The position numbers and the translations under genes are program-made. A stretch of 64,000 bases of DNA. Source: Nitrospirota bacterium. GTDB taxonomy: Bacteria; Nitrospirota; UBA9217. Every line of letters begins with the position of its first letter. The first letter of the stretch is position 1. Where the stretch lies: NCBI GenBank assembly GCA_963737155.1, contig CAVTRN010000002.1, positions 1,824,001-1,888,000 of the forward strand, in the 5' to 3' direction. Under the pieces are notes generated by a model. The model ran no database searches. It was given only the letters and a program-made list of their open reading frames with translations, and was not told the DNA's origin. This document shows positions 10,846-20,824 of this stretch, piece by piece.

Positions 10846-11792
10846 AAAAAATCCGGGTCGGGGTGGTCGGGGTGGGGTATCTCGGACGGTTTCATGCAGA
10901 AAAATACGCGGGTCTTTCCGAAGTGGACCTCATCGGCATCGTGGATCCGGTTCAAGATCGGGCCGATAAGATCTCGGAAAAACTGAATACGCGCGCCTTT
11001 GCCGACCCGTTGGAATTAATCGGCCGCGTAGACGCCGTGAGCATCGTCGTTCCTACGGTCCTGCATCATCGCATCGCTAAACTATTTATCGAGAAGTCCG
11101 TGCATGTTCTGATAGAGAAACCACTGACCGAAACGCTTGAACAGGCAGACGAACTGATAGCCCTGGCTGCCAGAATGGGAGTGATCATCCAGGTCGGCCA
11201 TATCGAGCGGTTCAATCCGGCGGTAACGGTTGTCCGGTCGATGATCAAGGCCCCCCGCTATATGATCGCAGAGCGGGCGGCGCCTTTCAATATCCGGTGC
11301 ACCGATGTAAGTGTTGTTCTTGATCTCATGATCCACGATCTCGACGTCGTAATGGACCTGGCTGGATCCGCGCCTAAGGAAGTAAGTGCAGCCGGTGCAG
11401 TCGTGATATCCAGCGAGATCGACGTGGCAGCGGCACGAATCGTTTTTGAGAACGGCTGCGTTGCCGATGTTTCCGCTAGCAGGGTGTCGGACGAAAAAAA
11501 GCGCTTGCTTCGCGTTTTTGACGGGGAGAACGTCTATGTCTCAGACTATCAGACTCAGCATGCGTCCGTCTCGCAAAAAAGGGGATCCCCCGGTAACGAG
11601 TTCGTAACTCATCCTATTGCGACGGACGGCCGCGATACTCTTGCTGATGAAATACGGGCCTTCGTAAAGAGCGTGCAAGATGGGACCAAACCTCTTGTAT
11701 CAGGCATAGAGGGCAGGCGGGCACTCGCCTTGGCGACGACCATTGCCGGCAATATCAAGGAAGGCATTACCGGCTTCGTCCCGGTCCCTTAG
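10842..11792 (+). CDS. gnnA: Gfo/Idh/MocA oxidoreductase, probable UDP-GlcNAc 3-dehydrogenase
   Basis: GVGYLG, EKP, GHIERFNPA, DLMIHDLD; located between lpxA/lpxI and lpxB. Confidence 0.8.
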   Translation: MKKIRVGVVGVGYLGRFHAEKYAGLSEVDLIGIVDPVQDRADKISEKLNTRAFADPLELIGRVDAVSIVVPTVLHHRIAKLFIEKSVHVLIEKPLTETLEQADELIALAARMGVIIQVGHIERFNPAVTVVRSMIKAPRYMIAERAAPFNIRCTDVSVVLDLMIHDLDVVMDLAGSAPKEVSAAGAVVISSEIDVAAARIVFENGCVADVSASRVSDEKKRLLRVFDGENVYVSDYQTQHASVSQKRGSPGNEFVTHPIATDGRDTLADEIRAFVKSVQDGTKPLVSGIEGRRALALATTIAGNIKEGITGFVPVP

Positions 11793-11913
11793 AAAGTGTT
11801 GACAAAAGACAGGCCCCGCCTGTGTCGTAACGTATAGCATGGACAGGGAAAAGGACCGGTTAACGCGGTGTTGTCCCTGTTCGTCCAGGTCAGAAGAGAG
11901 GAGTTTTTGCAAC

Positions 11914-13020
11914 ATGTCCCTAACGGTTCCCATGGTCGATCTCAAGGTCCAGTTCAATGCAATCAAACAGGACATAACCAGCGCGGTACTCGGCGTCATG
12001 GAAAGCACCCACTTCATCCTCGGCCCCCAGGTGCAAGCCATCGAAGAAGCTATTGCCGCCTACCACGGTGTAAAACATGCCGTGGCTGTGGCATCGGGCA
12101 CGGATGCGCTGCATTTGGCGCTGCTCGCCTCTGGGATCAAGCGGGGCGATGAAGTCATCACGTCTCCTTTCACGTTTATTGCCACAGCAGAAGCCATATC
12201 CTATATCGGTGCGTCTCCTGTTTTTGTCGACATAGATCCCCAGACATTCAATATCGATGTGAATAAAGTAGAAGCGGCTATCACCGCTAAAACAAAGGCC
12301 GTCATTCCGGTTCACCTTTTTGGACAGCCCGCGGACATGGATGCACTTATGGAAATCGCGAAAAAAAGAAACTTGCGCATTATCGAAGACTGCGCCCAAT
12401 CCTTTGGCGCCGAGTATTACGGCAAAAAGACCGGGTCTTTCGGTGATTTTGGATGCTTCAGTTTTTTCCCGAGTAAGAATCTTGGCGCATACGGCGACGG
12501 TGGCATGGTGATCACCGATAATCGCGATCTGGCCGAGCACCTTCAGAGACTGCGGAACCACGGCAGTCATGTGCGTTACTATCATGACGAGATCGGGTTC
12601 AACAGCAGGCTCGACGAAATTCAAGCAGCCGTTCTTCAGGTCAAATTCAAGCATGTCGATGAATACAATGAAAAACGCAGGGGAATTGCCCGGCTTTATA
12701 ATGCGAGCTTTGTTGGCTCTGGCATAGAGACGCCTTCTGAGTCAAAGGGCATGAAGCACGTTTTCCACCAGTACACCATCAGAATCAAGAACAGGGATGC
12801 GGTCAAAAAAAGACTTGATGACGGCAAGGTGACATCTTCCATGATTTATTATCCGGTTCCGCTTCACCTTCAGACGGCATACAAATGTCTCGGTATGCAT
12901 GCGGGCAGTATGCCCGTTGCGGAACAGATCTGCCAGGAGGTTTTATCGCTCCCTATGTATCCAGAATTGAGTGAAGCGCAGGTTAGTCAAGTGTCGGATG
13001 CCGTAAAACAAGCTCTTTGA
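11914..13020 (+). CDS. gnnB: DegT/DnrJ/EryC1/StrS aminotransferase, probable UDP-3-keto-GlcNAc aminotransferase
   Basis: SGTDAL, IIEDCAQ, SFFPSKNLGAYGDGG, NSRLDEIQAA. Start set at the ATG after the GAGAGGAG RBS; adjacent to gnnA and lpxB. Confidence 0.8.
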   Translation: MSLTVPMVDLKVQFNAIKQDITSAVLGVMESTHFILGPQVQAIEEAIAAYHGVKHAVAVASGTDALHLALLASGIKRGDEVITSPFTFIATAEAISYIGASPVFVDIDPQTFNIDVNKVEAAITAKTKAVIPVHLFGQPADMDALMEIAKKRNLRIIEDCAQSFGAEYYGKKTGSFGDFGCFSFFPSKNLGAYGDGGMVITDNRDLAEHLQRLRNHGSHVRYYHDEIGFNSRLDEIQAAVLQVKFKHVDEYNEKRRGIARLYNASFVGSGIETPSESKGMKHVFHQYTIRIKNRDAVKKRLDDGKVTSSMIYYPVPLHLQTAYKCLGMHAGSMPVAEQICQEVLSLPMYPELSEAQVSQVSDAVKQAL

Positions 13021-13054
13021 TTCAGATGCAAGAGATCAGAAGACATACAACGAG

Positions 13055-14215
13055 ATGAAAAAAATTCTGATTATTGCCGGTGAAGCATCAGGTGATCTGC
13101 ACGGCTCCAACCTGGTGCGGGAAATACGGCAGCAGGACTCCTCGATTGTTTTTTACGGAGTCGGCAGCAGGCGGATGGAGGAAGCGGGCGTCCGGATTCT
13201 TGCTGACGCATCAGAAATATCCGTGGTAGGCGCTACCGAAGTGCTGTCCCATCTTCGGCCGATTTACAGGGTCTTCAGCATGCTCAAGCAGTTTCTGGCA
13301 GAAGAGCTGCCGGACTTGCTTATCCTGATTGATTTTCCCGACTTCAACATCATGATCGGCAAGAGGGCGCAGAAGATCGGGATTCCGGTATTGTACTATA
13401 TCAGCCCGCAGGTATGGGCCTGGCGAAAGAAGCGGATAAAGAAGATTGCCGGTCTGGTCAAAGCCATGATCGTCGTGTTCCCCTTCGAGGTTGAACTTTA
13501 TAAAAAGGCCGGTGTGGACGTCCGTTTTGTCGGACATCCGTTGACCGATGTTGTACATTCACGGTATCATCAGGCTGAGGCAAAAGCGCAATTCGGGCTG
13601 GACCCTGCAAAACGCACCATCGCGATGCTTCCGGGAAGCAGAAGGAAAGAAATATCGAGTCTTTTGCCCGGCATGCTCGGTGCGGCGGAAATCCTCAATA
13701 GGCAATTTCAGGACTTGCAATATATATTGCCCGTTGCCGCGACGCTTTCACCGGATTTTATCAGAGCGTTCGTCAGCAAGTGCCAGATCCCGGTGACACT
13801 GACGGACGGTAGAGTCTATGATGTTCTCCGCGCTTCAGACGCGGCACTGGTGACCTCAGGAACGGCAACACTCGAGACGGGGCTAATGGCGGTTCCCATG
13901 GTCATTGTTTACCGCATGTCGGCTCTGTCCTATTTAATCGGCAGCATGTTTATCGATGTGGAACATATCGGACTCGTCAATATTGTTGCCGGGAAGCGTG
14001 TGGTACCCGAACTCGTTCAGCATAAGGCGACATCCCGGAACATGGCCGAGGCCCTATCGGACTTGCTGACCGACCGGGATCATTATCAAAACGTCCGGGC
14101 TCAGCTGGGCGACATTCGAGCGAAACTGGGGGAAAAGGGCGCCACCGCCCGTGTTGCAGCCATAGTTCTTGATTTTATTCGCGATAGTTCACGTACTTGC
14201 AATGGAAATATATAA
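13055..14215 (+). CDS. lpxB: Lipid-A-disaccharide synthase
   Basis: AGEASGDLHG, IDFPDFN, YYISPQVWAWR, FVGHPL, LPGSR, SGTATLE. Confidence 0.97.
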   Translation: MKKILIIAGEASGDLHGSNLVREIRQQDSSIVFYGVGSRRMEEAGVRILADASEISVVGATEVLSHLRPIYRVFSMLKQFLAEELPDLLILIDFPDFNIMIGKRAQKIGIPVLYYISPQVWAWRKKRIKKIAGLVKAMIVVFPFEVELYKKAGVDVRFVGHPLTDVVHSRYHQAEAKAQFGLDPAKRTIAMLPGSRRKEISSLLPGMLGAAEILNRQFQDLQYILPVAATLSPDFIRAFVSKCQIPVTLTDGRVYDVLRASDAALVTSGTATLETGLMAVPMVIVYRMSALSYLIGSMFIDVEHIGLVNIVAGKRVVPELVQHKATSRNMAEALSDLLTDRDHYQNVRAQLGDIRAKLGEKGATARVAAIVLDFIRDSSRTCNGNI

Positions 14216-15941
14216 AAGACTGTTGACATATCTGATACCTCACAAGGTACGGCTTTTCTGGTCTGCTGTTTTCATGGGGATCACGAGCGGGCTGATCTCT
14301 CTCCAGGCCTATATCGTGCAGCCGGTCCTGGACAACGTATTTTTGAAGAAAGACGTCAAATTGCTGCTCCTCCTGCCACCGGCGCTGATGATCGTTGTCA
14401 TCCTTAAAGGCGCCGCAGCGTATGCTCGCGATTACCTCATGGGGTATATCGGCCAGCGCATCGTAAATAATATTCGCGATCAGCTCTATTGCCACTTGAC
14501 CGACCTTTCTTTTTCGTTTTATGCCAGAACCCCTACCGGAGTTCTTATTTCCAGGATCATTAATGACGTAAACCTCGTGCAAGGCGCGCTGACCAGGGCC
14601 CCTTCGAGCTTGGTGCAGGGAGTGCTTACCATGGTTGCCCTCACGGTATACGTCCTCTATAAGGATTGGCGGCTTGCTCTTTTCTCCGTTGTGGTTATGC
14701 CCTTGCTGGGTGTTGCGCTGTCCAAATTCAGCCGGCGTTACCGGCGCGCAAGCACGCAAATGCAGGAACAATACGGCGATCTCACCATACACTTGCATGA
14801 AACAATTGCAGGCATCCGGATCGTCAAGGCCTTCGGCATGGAAGCCTATGAGAACAAGCGGTTTGCCGATCGGAACAAGGCCCTTTTCAATTCCCTCATG
14901 CGCCAGATTAAAGTCAGTGCGATCGCTCACCCTATCATGGAAACTATCAGCACCTTCGGGATTGCGGTTGTCATTCTCATCGGCGGCTACTGGATCATCG
15001 GAGGCAGAATGACGGTCGGGGAATTCTTCTCCTTCATGGCCGCCCTGTATTTTTTATATCGTCCGCTCAAGGATCTGAATGGCGTAAACAATATGGTTCA
15101 GGACGGAGTTGCCGCGGCGAAGCGTATTTTTGAGGTGCTTGATACGGTGCCGGAGATCAAAAACCGTCCTGGAGCCGTACAATTACAGCCGGGCTTCAAA
15201 TCCATAGAATTCCGAGATGTTTCATTTCGATATGAAGACGCTCTGGTTTTGAAGGATATTTCGCTGTCCGTCCGTGCAGGAGAAACGATTGCTATCGTGG
15301 GAAAGAGCGGTGGAGGAAAAACTACCCTGGTGAACCTCATCCCCCGTTTCTTTGATGTCTCCGATGGTGCTATTCTCATTGATGGATGCGATATCCGCGA
15401 CACTACTCAGGAATCCCTCCGGGCTTTGACCGCCATTGTTACACAGCAAACCATTCTGTTCAACGATACGGTCAGGAATAACATCGCTTATGGGAATACG
15501 ACAAAATCCTTTCAGGATGTCATGAATGCTTCAAAATCAGCCTATGCCGATGATTTTATTGAAAAGCTCCCGCACAAGTATGATACGACCATTGGTGAAG
15601 CGGGCGTCAAACTATCTGGTGGCCAGCGGCAGCGGATCGCCATTGCGCGAGCTCTTCTGAAGGACGCCCCTGTGCTCATCCTCGATGAGGCAACGTCATC
15701 CCTCGACACACAGTCCGAACGGGAGGTGCAGAACGCTCTCGACAGGCTCATGGTTGGCAGGACAAGTTTTGTCATCGCCCACCGACTCTCGACGATCATG
15801 AACGCCGACAGGATCATCGTCCTGAAAGACGGACGGATCGTAGAACAGGGAAGGCATGATGAACTTCTGGCACAAGGAGGAGAATATAGAAACCTCTATG
15901 AACAGCAGTTTCGTGACGAAGCACCCGTGAAGGTGTTATGA
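14202..15941 (+). CDS. msbA: Lipid A export ABC transporter (permease-ATPase)
   Basis: Transmembrane domain plus GKSGGGKT, LSGGQRQR, ILDEATS, IAHRLST; lipid A operon context. Confidence 0.92.
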   Translation: MEIYKRLLTYLIPHKVRLFWSAVFMGITSGLISLQAYIVQPVLDNVFLKKDVKLLLLLPPALMIVVILKGAAAYARDYLMGYIGQRIVNNIRDQLYCHLTDLSFSFYARTPTGVLISRIINDVNLVQGALTRAPSSLVQGVLTMVALTVYVLYKDWRLALFSVVVMPLLGVALSKFSRRYRRASTQMQEQYGDLTIHLHETIAGIRIVKAFGMEAYENKRFADRNKALFNSLMRQIKVSAIAHPIMETISTFGIAVVILIGGYWIIGGRMTVGEFFSFMAALYFLYRPLKDLNGVNNMVQDGVAAAKRIFEVLDTVPEIKNRPGAVQLQPGFKSIEFRDVSFRYEDALVLKDISLSVRAGETIAIVGKSGGGKTTLVNLIPRFFDVSDGAILIDGCDIRDTTQESLRALTAIVTQQTILFNDTVRNNIAYGNTTKSFQDVMNASKSAYADDFIEKLPHKYDTTIGEAGVKLSGGQRQRIAIARALLKDAPVLILDEATSSLDTQSEREVQNALDRLMVGRTSFVIAHRLSTIMNADRIIVLKDGRIVEQGRHDELLAQGGEYRNLYEQQFRDEAPVKVL

Positions 15942-16591
15942 TGTTCAGGGCCCGGATATTCTCCTGGATCGGCTGGGCATTGCTTTCGATCTGGAGCCGG
16001 ACGGTCCGCATCCGTTTTGAAAACAAGGCGGTCCTTGATGGTCTTTTCGCGGAAGGGGAAAACGCCATTTTCGCTTTCTGGCATGGAAGGCAGCTCCTCC
16101 TGTTCCATACCTATCGGCATTCGGGTATCGTTATACCCGCCAGTGAAAGCCGGGACGGTGAAATACAGGCGGGGATATTGCAACGATTCGGTTTTGAGGT
16201 CGTTCGCGGTTCAAGCAAACGAAAAGGAGAACGCGCACTCCTTGGACTTGTCGACGCCCTGAGAAAGGGTAAAAGTGTTGCGCTTGCCGTGGACGGTCCG
16301 CACGGTCCCCTGCATGAGGTGAAGCAGGGCGTGACCTATCTGGCTGGAAAACTGAAAAAACCGATCGTGCCAGCGGCTACCGGCGCGAAGCGCTACTGGA
16401 TTCTGGATAAAATCTGGGACAAATATCTGCTTCCTGTTCCTTTCACGGAAGGTGTTATCGTGATTGGCGATCCGATTATTGTTGAGGGGACATCCGAGGA
16501 AGAGCTTGAAACCAAACGCAGGGAAGTGGAAGCGGCCTTGAACCGACTTATGACGCGTGCAGACGGGTATTTTAGAAAACAGACTCACTAA
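15938..16591 (+). CDS. DUF374 lysophospholipid acyltransferase family protein (LpxJ-like late acyltransferase)
   Basis: FAFWHG, SESRDGE, VVRGSS, AVDGPHGP, WDKYLLPVPF; located between msbA and waaA. Confidence 0.85.
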   Translation: MMFRARIFSWIGWALLSIWSRTVRIRFENKAVLDGLFAEGENAIFAFWHGRQLLLFHTYRHSGIVIPASESRDGEIQAGILQRFGFEVVRGSSKRKGERALLGLVDALRKGKSVALAVDGPHGPLHEVKQGVTYLAGKLKKPIVPAATGAKRYWILDKIWDKYLLPVPFTEGVIVIGDPIIVEGTSEEELETKRREVEAALNRLMTRADGYFRKQTH

Positions 16592-16794
16592 ATCTGAAAA
16601 TAGTTTTGCGCCGCAGATGTTTACAGCTCGAGGCAGATAACGCAAGATATTCTCTGTTTTTGTGCTTGCGCTTACCATTTTATTTTTAGGCTAAAATTTA
16701 ACTTTTTTGAAGTTTGTGTTTCACGCTTTCATCTGGGGGTAGTGTTTGACTGCGGGAAAGATTGCATTTGTCTTTTGGAGCGGGAAGGCGATAT

Positions 16795-18057
16795 ATGTAC
16801 GTCATCTATAATCTATTATTGATCGTGGCAACAATTGTGCTGTCACCGGTTATTCTGTTCAAATTGATTACTGTTCCCAAGTACCGTGGAGGTTTGACGC
16901 AAAAATTTGGTCGCCTTCGAAAAAGCGTTATGAGGATCATCAAAGGGTCCCGCCCTATCTGGGTGCACGCCGTATCAGTCGGCGAAGTAATGGCGGCGCA
17001 CCCTCTTATCCGGGAGCTCAAAAAAAAATATCCAAAACGCAAACTGATCCTTTCAACGGTGACTATTACGGGCCATTATACTGCCCGGCGCCGCGTGCCT
17101 GAGGCGGACGCCGTCTTTTATTTCCCCTTCGATTACCCCTGTATCGTGCGGCGCGTTATTCGCGGCATCAATCCCGTGGTTGTGCTGGTCGCAGAAACGG
17201 AGCTGTGGCCTAATTTCTTTCGTGAACTCAAGCGTGCGGGGATTCCTTCTGCACTCATCAACGGCAGAATCTCATCAAAGTCTTACGGGAATTACCGCAA
17301 ATTCAAGACATTTTTTAGCCAGGTCTTTAGCAACGTAACGTTGTTCTGCATGCAATCGGAGGAAGACGCTCTTAGAATCAAGGATATCGGAGCGGATCCT
17401 GAAAAGGTTGTAGTTAGCGGGAATCTCAAGTTTGATCAGAAATTTTCCCCCTCCCATTCAAATCCTGTCATCATCCCGACCGGGAAAAGAGTCATTACTG
17501 CGGGGAGCACTCACCGCGGAGAAGAGGCGACGCTTCTCAATATCTTTACACGGCTGCGGGAAAAATATCCCATGCTTACGTTGATTGTCGCCCCGCGCCA
17601 TCCCGAACGCTTCGACGAGGTGGAAGGGATCATCAACAGCGCCGGCTACGAGTGCCAACGCCGTACCAGTATAAAAGGACCTGTCAGGGATGTTCTTCTA
17701 CTGGATACCATTGGTGAATTAAGAACCTTTTATGCACTTTGTGACATCGCTTTTGTCGGCGGGAGTCTTGTCAAGGTGGGAGGACATAATCTTCTCGAAC
17801 CGGCGGCGATGAAAAAGCCCGTTATCTTCAGCCGTTTTATGTTCAATTTCAAGGAAATATCGGAGGCGCTCATGTCTTCGGGCGGCGGGATTATGGTCAA
17901 AGATAAAAACGAGCTCTATGAACAACTCGACGGCCTGCTTGCCGATCCGGAGCGTGCAAGGAACATTGGCGAGCGGGCATTTCACGTTATAGAAGTCAAC
18001 TCCGGCGCCGCTAAAAAGACGCTTGACGCCATCGGCAGGTTGATCATTGCTCAGTAA
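16795..18057 (+). CDS. waaA: 3-deoxy-D-manno-octulosonic acid (Kdo) transferase
   Basis: WVHAVSVGE, ETELWPN, GNLKFD, AGSTH, APRHPERF, GGHNLLEPA. Confidence 0.96.
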   Translation: MYVIYNLLLIVATIVLSPVILFKLITVPKYRGGLTQKFGRLRKSVMRIIKGSRPIWVHAVSVGEVMAAHPLIRELKKKYPKRKLILSTVTITGHYTARRRVPEADAVFYFPFDYPCIVRRVIRGINPVVVLVAETELWPNFFRELKRAGIPSALINGRISSKSYGNYRKFKTFFSQVFSNVTLFCMQSEEDALRIKDIGADPEKVVVSGNLKFDQKFSPSHSNPVIIPTGKRVITAGSTHRGEEATLLNIFTRLREKYPMLTLIVAPRHPERFDEVEGIINSAGYECQRRTSIKGPVRDVLLLDTIGELRTFYALCDIAFVGGSLVKVGGHNLLEPAAMKKPVIFSRFMFNFKEISEALMSSGGGIMVKDKNELYEQLDGLLADPERARNIGERAFHVIEVNSGAAKKTLDAIGRLIIAQ

Positions 18058-19120
18058 GTCCTCTGTTGAAGATGTGATGTATGGGAGAAAAAAGTCGCTT
18101 TTGCTCGGCGCGGTACTGTATCTAATCTCCCTTATCTACCGGGCCGGTGTCGGTCTGCGGAGAACTCTTTACCGTTACGGAATGCTCAAAAGCAGATCGC
18201 TGCCATGCAGGGTCATTTCCGTCGGCAATATTACCCTCGGAGGAACTGGCAAGACCCCCCTCGTCATTTCCCTTGCCGGTTTCCTTTTGCAAAAAGAGAT
18301 GCACCCCGCAGTTGTCAGCCGCGGTTATGGAAGAAAGGATGAATCGCAAACGCTGATCGTTTCGGATGCCCGGGAGGTTCTAACCGACACGGCAACAGGC
18401 GGTGACGAGCCAGTCCTTATCGGATACAGGCTTCTTGGCGTCCCCGTTATAGTCGGCGGCAATCGATATGCCGCAGCGCAATACGCCATACAGCGCTTCA
18501 ACTCTGGCGTGGTGATCCTTGATGACGGTTTTCAGCATCTCGGGCTGAGGCGGAACCTGGATATTGTCCTAGTTGATGCCACCGATCCATTCGGGAATGG
18601 GAAAAGCTTTCCCGCGGGAATTCTCAGGGAGCCGATTAATGCGCTTCGTCGCGCACAGGCGGTCATCATTACCAGAAGCAATGCCGTTGCATCGATCGAG
18701 GTGCTCAAAGCAAGGATCGGACGAGTAACTTCAGCCAGGATATTCACCTCATTTCACCGTCCGCTGGACTTGACCAATGATGGCACCGGTGAACTCAAAC
18801 CGCTGTCGGTGCTTCGCGGAACAAAGGTTCTGATGTTTTCGGGCATAGCGCACCCGGAGTCCTTCTCATCATTATTGAAAGCACTTGGCGCTGTCATATC
18901 GGGAGAAATCATTTACCCTGATCATTATGAGTTTATGAAGACGGATTTGGCAGCGGTATTTAGAAAGGCGACTGATGACCACGTAAACATGATTGTTACT
19001 ACGGAAAAAGACGCTGTTCGGCTTCGCACGCTCAAACCGGACGGCATCTGGGCACTCCGTATTGAAATCGTGATCGCAGAACGAGAGGAATGGGAAACGT
19101 TTATTCTGGACAATCTATGA
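18047..19120 (+). CDS. lpxK: Tetraacyldisaccharide 4'-kinase
   Basis: VISVGNITLGGTGKTP, SRGYG, GDEP, LDDGFQH, PAGILRE, TTEKDAV. Confidence 0.96.
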   Translation: MLSKSSVEDVMYGRKKSLLLGAVLYLISLIYRAGVGLRRTLYRYGMLKSRSLPCRVISVGNITLGGTGKTPLVISLAGFLLQKEMHPAVVSRGYGRKDESQTLIVSDAREVLTDTATGGDEPVLIGYRLLGVPVIVGGNRYAAAQYAIQRFNSGVVILDDGFQHLGLRRNLDIVLVDATDPFGNGKSFPAGILREPINALRRAQAVIITRSNAVASIEVLKARIGRVTSARIFTSFHRPLDLTNDGTGELKPLSVLRGTKVLMFSGIAHPESFSSLLKALGAVISGEIIYPDHYEFMKTDLAAVFRKATDDHVNMIVTTEKDAVRLRTLKPDGIWALRIEIVIAEREEWETFILDNL

Positions 19121-19701
19121 ACAGAGCGGTATTCCTCGATAGAGATGGCACGGTCAATGTCGAAGTGGGGTACCTCAGCGACCTGAACCAACTCCGGCTG
19201 ATTCCTGACGCCGGCGCTGCCATCAAACGTCTGAACGAGGAAGGACTCAAGGTCGTTCTGGTCACTAATCAATCGGGGGTGGCACGCGGGTATTTCTCCG
19301 AATCCCTTGTCCAAGAAGCCAATGTCCGGCTCAAACAAATGCTTTTGAAGGATGGCGCGAGCGTAGATGGAATCTACTACTGTCCGCACCATCCTACGGC
19401 GGGCAATTCCCACTATACGACGGCATGCGATTGTCGTAAGCCCGGTACCGGCATGATCGACCGTGCTGCAATTGACTTACGCATCGATGTGAAAAGATCA
19501 TTTGTCGTGGGAGACAAGTGGAGTGATGTGGAACTCGGACAACGGGCAGGGGCGAGGTCTATCCTGGTCAAGTCCGGCTTTGCGCAGGAGGACGCAGGAA
19601 ATGTGCGTCCCAATCATATGAACGATCCTGATTTCATTGCCAACACCCTCACTGAAGCAGTTGAATGGATACTCCTGCAGACGTCGCGGAATGAGCGATG
19701 A
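19117..19701 (+). CDS. gmhB: D-glycero-D-manno-heptose 1,7-bisphosphate phosphatase
   Basis: AVFLDRDGT, VTNQSG, CPHHP, CDCRKP, VGDK. Confidence 0.93.
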   Translation: MNRAVFLDRDGTVNVEVGYLSDLNQLRLIPDAGAAIKRLNEEGLKVVLVTNQSGVARGYFSESLVQEANVRLKQMLLKDGASVDGIYYCPHHPTAGNSHYTTACDCRKPGTGMIDRAAIDLRIDVKRSFVVGDKWSDVELGQRAGARSILVKSGFAQEDAGNVRPNHMNDPDFIANTLTEAVEWILLQTSRNER

Positions 19702-20762
19702 TATTGAAGGCTGATAAAATACTTGTTCTACGCTATCGATTTATCGGCGATACGGTCCTTACCGTGCCGTTCCTCAGAAACCTACGCGAAGCTTTTCCTA
19801 TGGCCCGCATCGACTTGATGCTCGAACCATTCTCTGGTCAGGTCCTCGAGGGCTGCCCTTACGTTGATCGGATCATCCCGTTTGAAATAAAAACAATCCA
19901 CCGATACAGCAATAAATCGGAACAAAATAAGCTCGCCAGCTTTATGCAGTGCAGGAGGAAGATAAAGGAAGAGCATTACGACGCTGCTTTTGTTTTGAAG
20001 CGGTCCTTGTCAAGCGCTCTGCTTGTCTGGTCATCTGGAATCCCTCGTCGCATCGGGTTCTCCACTGAAGGACGGGGCCTATTTCTTACCGATTCTGTGA
20101 AATACAGAAATGACCAGCACGAAGTCAATAACTTTCTCGACTGCCTGCGAAAACTCAATATTCCGGTCCGGAACCAGCTCCTCGAACTCTGGCCATCTCC
20201 GGAAGGAGAGGCCAAGGCCCGATCCATTTTTGCAGAAAAAGGCTGGGGGAAATCCGATCTTAAAATCATCATCCACGCAGCAGCAAGTCTTCCTGCTAAA
20301 CAATGGCCGCTGGACCGGTTTAGTGCGGTGATGCAAGTTCTGCAGAGTAAATATGGGGCACACTTCATATACACCGGCGCAAGTGAGGATGCGGCGCTGT
20401 ACGCCGAAATCGAAAAAAAGGGTCCTTTTAAAAGTTTAAATCTGTGTGGGATAACCACGTTGCATGAGAATATATCAATTTATCGCGGGTCGGACCTCTT
20501 TTTCGGAGTAGATTCCGGACCTATGCACATAGCTGCCGCCGTCGGTGTGCCGACGGTTGCCCTTTTTGGCCCTACTGATGAACGGAAATGGGGGCCTTGG
20601 GGAGATGGGCATAGAGTCATCACCAAGAGGTTATCGTGTTATCCCTGCAAAGCGCACAAGTGCACGAACAATGAGTGCATGAAGCGGATAAGTGTGGATG
20701 AGGCACTTAGCGTATTGGAACAAAATATTAAGATTCTGTCATTGAGAACTTTAACATATTAA
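19698..20762 (+). CDS. GT9 LPS heptosyltransferase (WaaF/WaaC-like)
   Basis: FIGDTVL, AKQWP, DSGPMHIAAAVGVPTVALFGPT. Confidence 0.88.
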   Translation: MILKADKILVLRYRFIGDTVLTVPFLRNLREAFPMARIDLMLEPFSGQVLEGCPYVDRIIPFEIKTIHRYSNKSEQNKLASFMQCRRKIKEEHYDAAFVLKRSLSSALLVWSSGIPRRIGFSTEGRGLFLTDSVKYRNDQHEVNNFLDCLRKLNIPVRNQLLELWPSPEGEAKARSIFAEKGWGKSDLKIIIHAAASLPAKQWPLDRFSAVMQVLQSKYGAHFIYTGASEDAALYAEIEKKGPFKSLNLCGITTLHENISIYRGSDLFFGVDSGPMHIAAAVGVPTVALFGPTDERKWGPWGDGHRVITKRLSCYPCKAHKCTNNECMKRISVDEALSVLEQNIKILSLRTLTY

Positions 20763-20824
20763 CTTGTCACCTATTATCAATATACCACTTCAATGTGAAT
20801 TCTTCAAAAAACAAGGAATGAAAC

